A stretch of 64,000 nt of DNA from Carcharhinus amblyrhynchos (taxonomy: Eukaryota): contig OZ336872.1 of the NCBI GenBank assembly GCA_965287045.1, forward strand, positions 24,428,001 through 24,492,000, in the 5' to 3' direction. Both the position numbers and the translations under genes were made by a program. The notes under the pieces are model-generated. The model worked only from the letters and a program-made list of their open reading frames with translations. It did no database searches and was not told the origin of the DNA. Positions within the stretch are counted from its first letter, which is position 1, and each line of letters begins with the position of its first letter. This document shows positions 61,061 to 64,000 of this stretch, piece by piece.

Positions 61061-61696
61061 GGGGTGGAATCCTGTGCTCTCACTGGCAATGAGCTTGAAG
61101 ACAGAAAGGGCATTTATTTGGATACCAGAACGCCCATAGTTAACCTCTCTGACCTATCATCAATTGAGGCCTTAAACAGTCAATTAATGACCATTGAAGG
61201 GTCTCATCCCACCATTAATCCAAGTGTTGGCAAGCCTATTGCCATGAATTGTGCGCAGCAAGTAAAACTGTGTGGTCAGCTGTGGGAGGTGGGTGAATCC
61301 CTCATTGAAAGGTACAGTGCCCAATCGAGGGGCTGGACATCAGGAAAGGAGGGTGGTGTCTGCTGCGAGCTATCGCTTTACCCTTGCTGTTGACCTCATG
61401 CCCTCCTCTTTCTATTTTATAACTTACCTGTGACCTGGCTGCATCTGAGACTTTGTTGTCTATCCTTCCAACAGCAATACAGTCTCCCTAGTTGCACTGC
61501 TGAGCACAAGAACTGAACTCTGACTGGCCGGCAGCCCTCAGCAGCAAGACTTCCTGTATAGAGGCCTTGATTCCAGGGTAAAGCCCACTACTGCCTGATT
61601 GGTGTGTGCATTGGTGGGGAAAAGAGACAGTGGGGGCTCTCCCTAGCTCTCCAGCCAGCAGATGAAACCCTGGATGTCTCAACAAGATTCCACCCT
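61061..61696. mobile_element. MITE (TIR ggggtggaatc...gattccaccc), related to 30282-30753
   Basis: TIRs plus shared internal blocks aattgaggcc..gaagggtctca and cctcattgaaagg. Confidence 0.7.
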
Positions 61697-61879
61697 TGGA
61701 TTGTATTTAAACTAATTTAAGTTTTTTTAAAAATCTAGTCATGTACAACATTACAGTGGATTTTGCATATTCCTTTTGATTATTCTCATATTATTAAATG
61801 TCCAACTATTTAAAGAAAAATGAGGAGCATCATTCAATTCACTTCACGGTGTTGGAGGGAGTGAAGTGTAAAATTATAC

Positions 61880-62270
61880 CTAGACTCTAAGAGGTAGTGA
61901 TGAAGAGAGATTTAATTAACTAGGGTTTAGCTCCTTAAATTGAGGAGATTAAGAGGTGGTCAGATCAATGTTTTCAGGATATTAAGGGAAACAGGTAAGG
62001 TAGATAAGGGGAAATTACTTCTGCTAGTTGGGAAGTACAGGATTAGACATCATTCTTGAAAAAAATAGAGCCAGATCTTCCAGTTGTGAAATTAGGAAGC
62101 GTCTTTCATGCAAAGTGTGGCTGAAGTTTGGAACTCTCTACCACAAATCTTAAAACTGTGAGTTGTATATTAAGGGTTGGGGTAAAATTGGAGTTGGCCA
62201 TGGATTAGTTGTAATCTCATTACATGGTGGAACAGGATTAACTGGCTAAATGGCCTCCCCCTGTTCCTAT
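61880..62270 (+). mobile_element. Old CR1 3' fragment
   Basis: gaggagattaagaggtggtcagatc...gtttggaactctctacc...aaatggcctccccctgttcct. Confidence 0.7.
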
Positions 62271-64000
62271 CCATCTCTCTACTGAAACTTATTCCCTCAC
62301 CAATACAGCATTGAATCAGCTCTTGATTGATTCCAGAGATCTTGCCGCCATTCCTAGTATAAATCACCCTTTGCTTGAACAGGAGCTTCCTGACATCCAT
62401 TCTGAGCCAGTCTTTGATGCCCCAAAAACCTACCGTTTTAGTTTGAAATAATGCCCCGAGTTAACTATTTTTATATCGTGCTTTTATATCTCTTTAAAGT
62501 TGCCTTTCATTTATTTTCTTTCAAGACTAGAGAACTGCGTTTTTCTAATCTTCCGACAGGAGAAGTCAGCCTCCCTGGCCCTACCGTGCACTACTTCCAT
62601 CCTATGGTTCGATACTCCAAACTGAACCCGATTCTCAACTATTCTTCCTAGAGATTCTTACTCGAGCGTCATGCAGTTCAATGTGACATCCTCGGATTCA
62701 CACTGTTGATTGTCGTATGTTGAGTCTACTGTCGCTTTCAATCTTTTAACTTCTTCTTCAGCTAGTCTGACACGAATCATTCAAATTGTGAGTGCCCTCC
62801 ACTTCTTTCTTTGGCCGCGAAACACCTTGCACTTAACGTCTATTACATCTGTCATTGTTCTGCTGAATTGCTAATTTTATCTAAACTCTTCTGCCTCATC
62901 AACCTCGATCGATGCTGTTTCCTCCAGTCATCTGTGGAACTGACTAGCTAGCATTGCATTTCTGTATCCAGGTGGTTCGTGTAGAACAGAAACCGTAATG
63001 ATCAAGCAACGACCCCCAAAGCTGTCCACTGTACAATCCATACTGCTCCACTAGCCAGATCTGTTGGTTCCTTTCTTCCAGGCAATTCCCTAGTTTTATC
63101 TTCAGGCTTGTAAAACAGATTTTCATGCTGAAGTTACATTGAAGACTTTCTGGCTCTAGACCCACATCACATGCTTTCCGATGTACACTTGAGTTATCAC
63201 TTCCTCAGTAATATAAAGAAGGCACAGGGAATAAAAATATCATACTGTTGTATTATGTCATTTTGAATATGATAATTGGTAAAGTAGTTGTGTAAGAAAA
63301 TCAAGTGGTTAGGAACAGGAATTTAACAAAGAACCCTAAGGCATTCACACCTGCCTCATCATTCTTTTAAGGAAGAGTGATGGTTTTTAAAAATATATAA
63401 AGGACAGTTTTGTCTTGTTTTTCTAACTACGGATAATGGGGAAATGATCAGATTCCTCTTATCCCTTAAATGCTAGGAGCCTTAAGATATGTTAAAATAA
63501 TGTTTTATGACATATTTAATCAGAAAACAAATGTGATGTAATGATATAGGAAATGGAATGGTTGATGCACAACTTGTCCTGAAGGCTTATATATAGGCAT
63601 CATTTTTTAGTGCTTGGTAGGGAAAACGTAATTAACTTGAGTTTTGGTGAGAAGTTTGTTTTCAAATAATAATTATAGTGTTTGATTTTCTTTCATTTGT
63701 CTGTTATACACTCAATATGGTCACATTCCAATTCATCATTGTGCTCTTGGATGAGATGCCATTATGATGAAAATGAGTTGCAACGTAACTCCTCTCACGC
63801 CCGAAAATAAAAGAATTGATAAATTCCATCCTACGATGATTGTACTTTTTTATAGCTTTAAAAGCTACCATTTTTCTCTCTCTGTTTTTATAATCTAAAA
63901 ACTGCCTTTCTTGTAGCCTATGCAAAATATATTTTGGTTCAAAACATGAAGAAATTATGCGAGTCACCATATCAGTTAAAGTTGAAGGGCATTTTCCAAA

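Larger units (their letters stand above)
44012..64000 (-). other. wnt7a: Last intron of Wnt7a (at least 20 kb; previous exon lies outside the window)
   Basis: No reading frame found encoding the preceding exon (SREAAF...NLHNNEAGRK) to the window end. Confidence 0.8.

Overview
Eukaryotic, repeat-rich vertebrate DNA. The repeat families (V-domain HE1-type SINEs, CR1 LINEs, Deu-domain SINE, Penelope-like elements) point to a shark/elasmobranch genome. Only one host coding segment is visible: the last coding exon of Wnt7a on the minus strand (43532-44011). Its upstream intron runs from 44012 past the window end, and about 5 kb of TE-free sequence (3'UTR and probable regulatory DNA) lies to its left. 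The rest is intergenic or intronic DNA carrying about 20 V-SINEs, many 5'-truncated CR1 copies (three young and near-identical), Rex1/Babar, RTE, L2 and Penelope fragments, Harbinger-like MITEs, a tRNA-Val pseudogene and a 134-nt assembly gap. I see no novel multi-gene system. The best leads are: (i) Penelope-derived fold-back elements carrying minimal hammerhead ribozyme motifs, one 240 nt from the Wnt7a 3' splice site with the pre-mRNA-sense copy mutated at G8; (ii) one V-SINE head/core joined to three different LINE-like tails (two CR1-type, one Rex1-like), the two common tail types showing opposite strand bias; (iii) a 174-bp local duplication of enhancer-like unique DNA; (iv) retention of the RECK-binding linker in Wnt7a of a lineage with a glial blood-brain barrier. 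Repeat boundaries are read by eye and are approximate. Family names and reference sequences come from recall, not from a database search.
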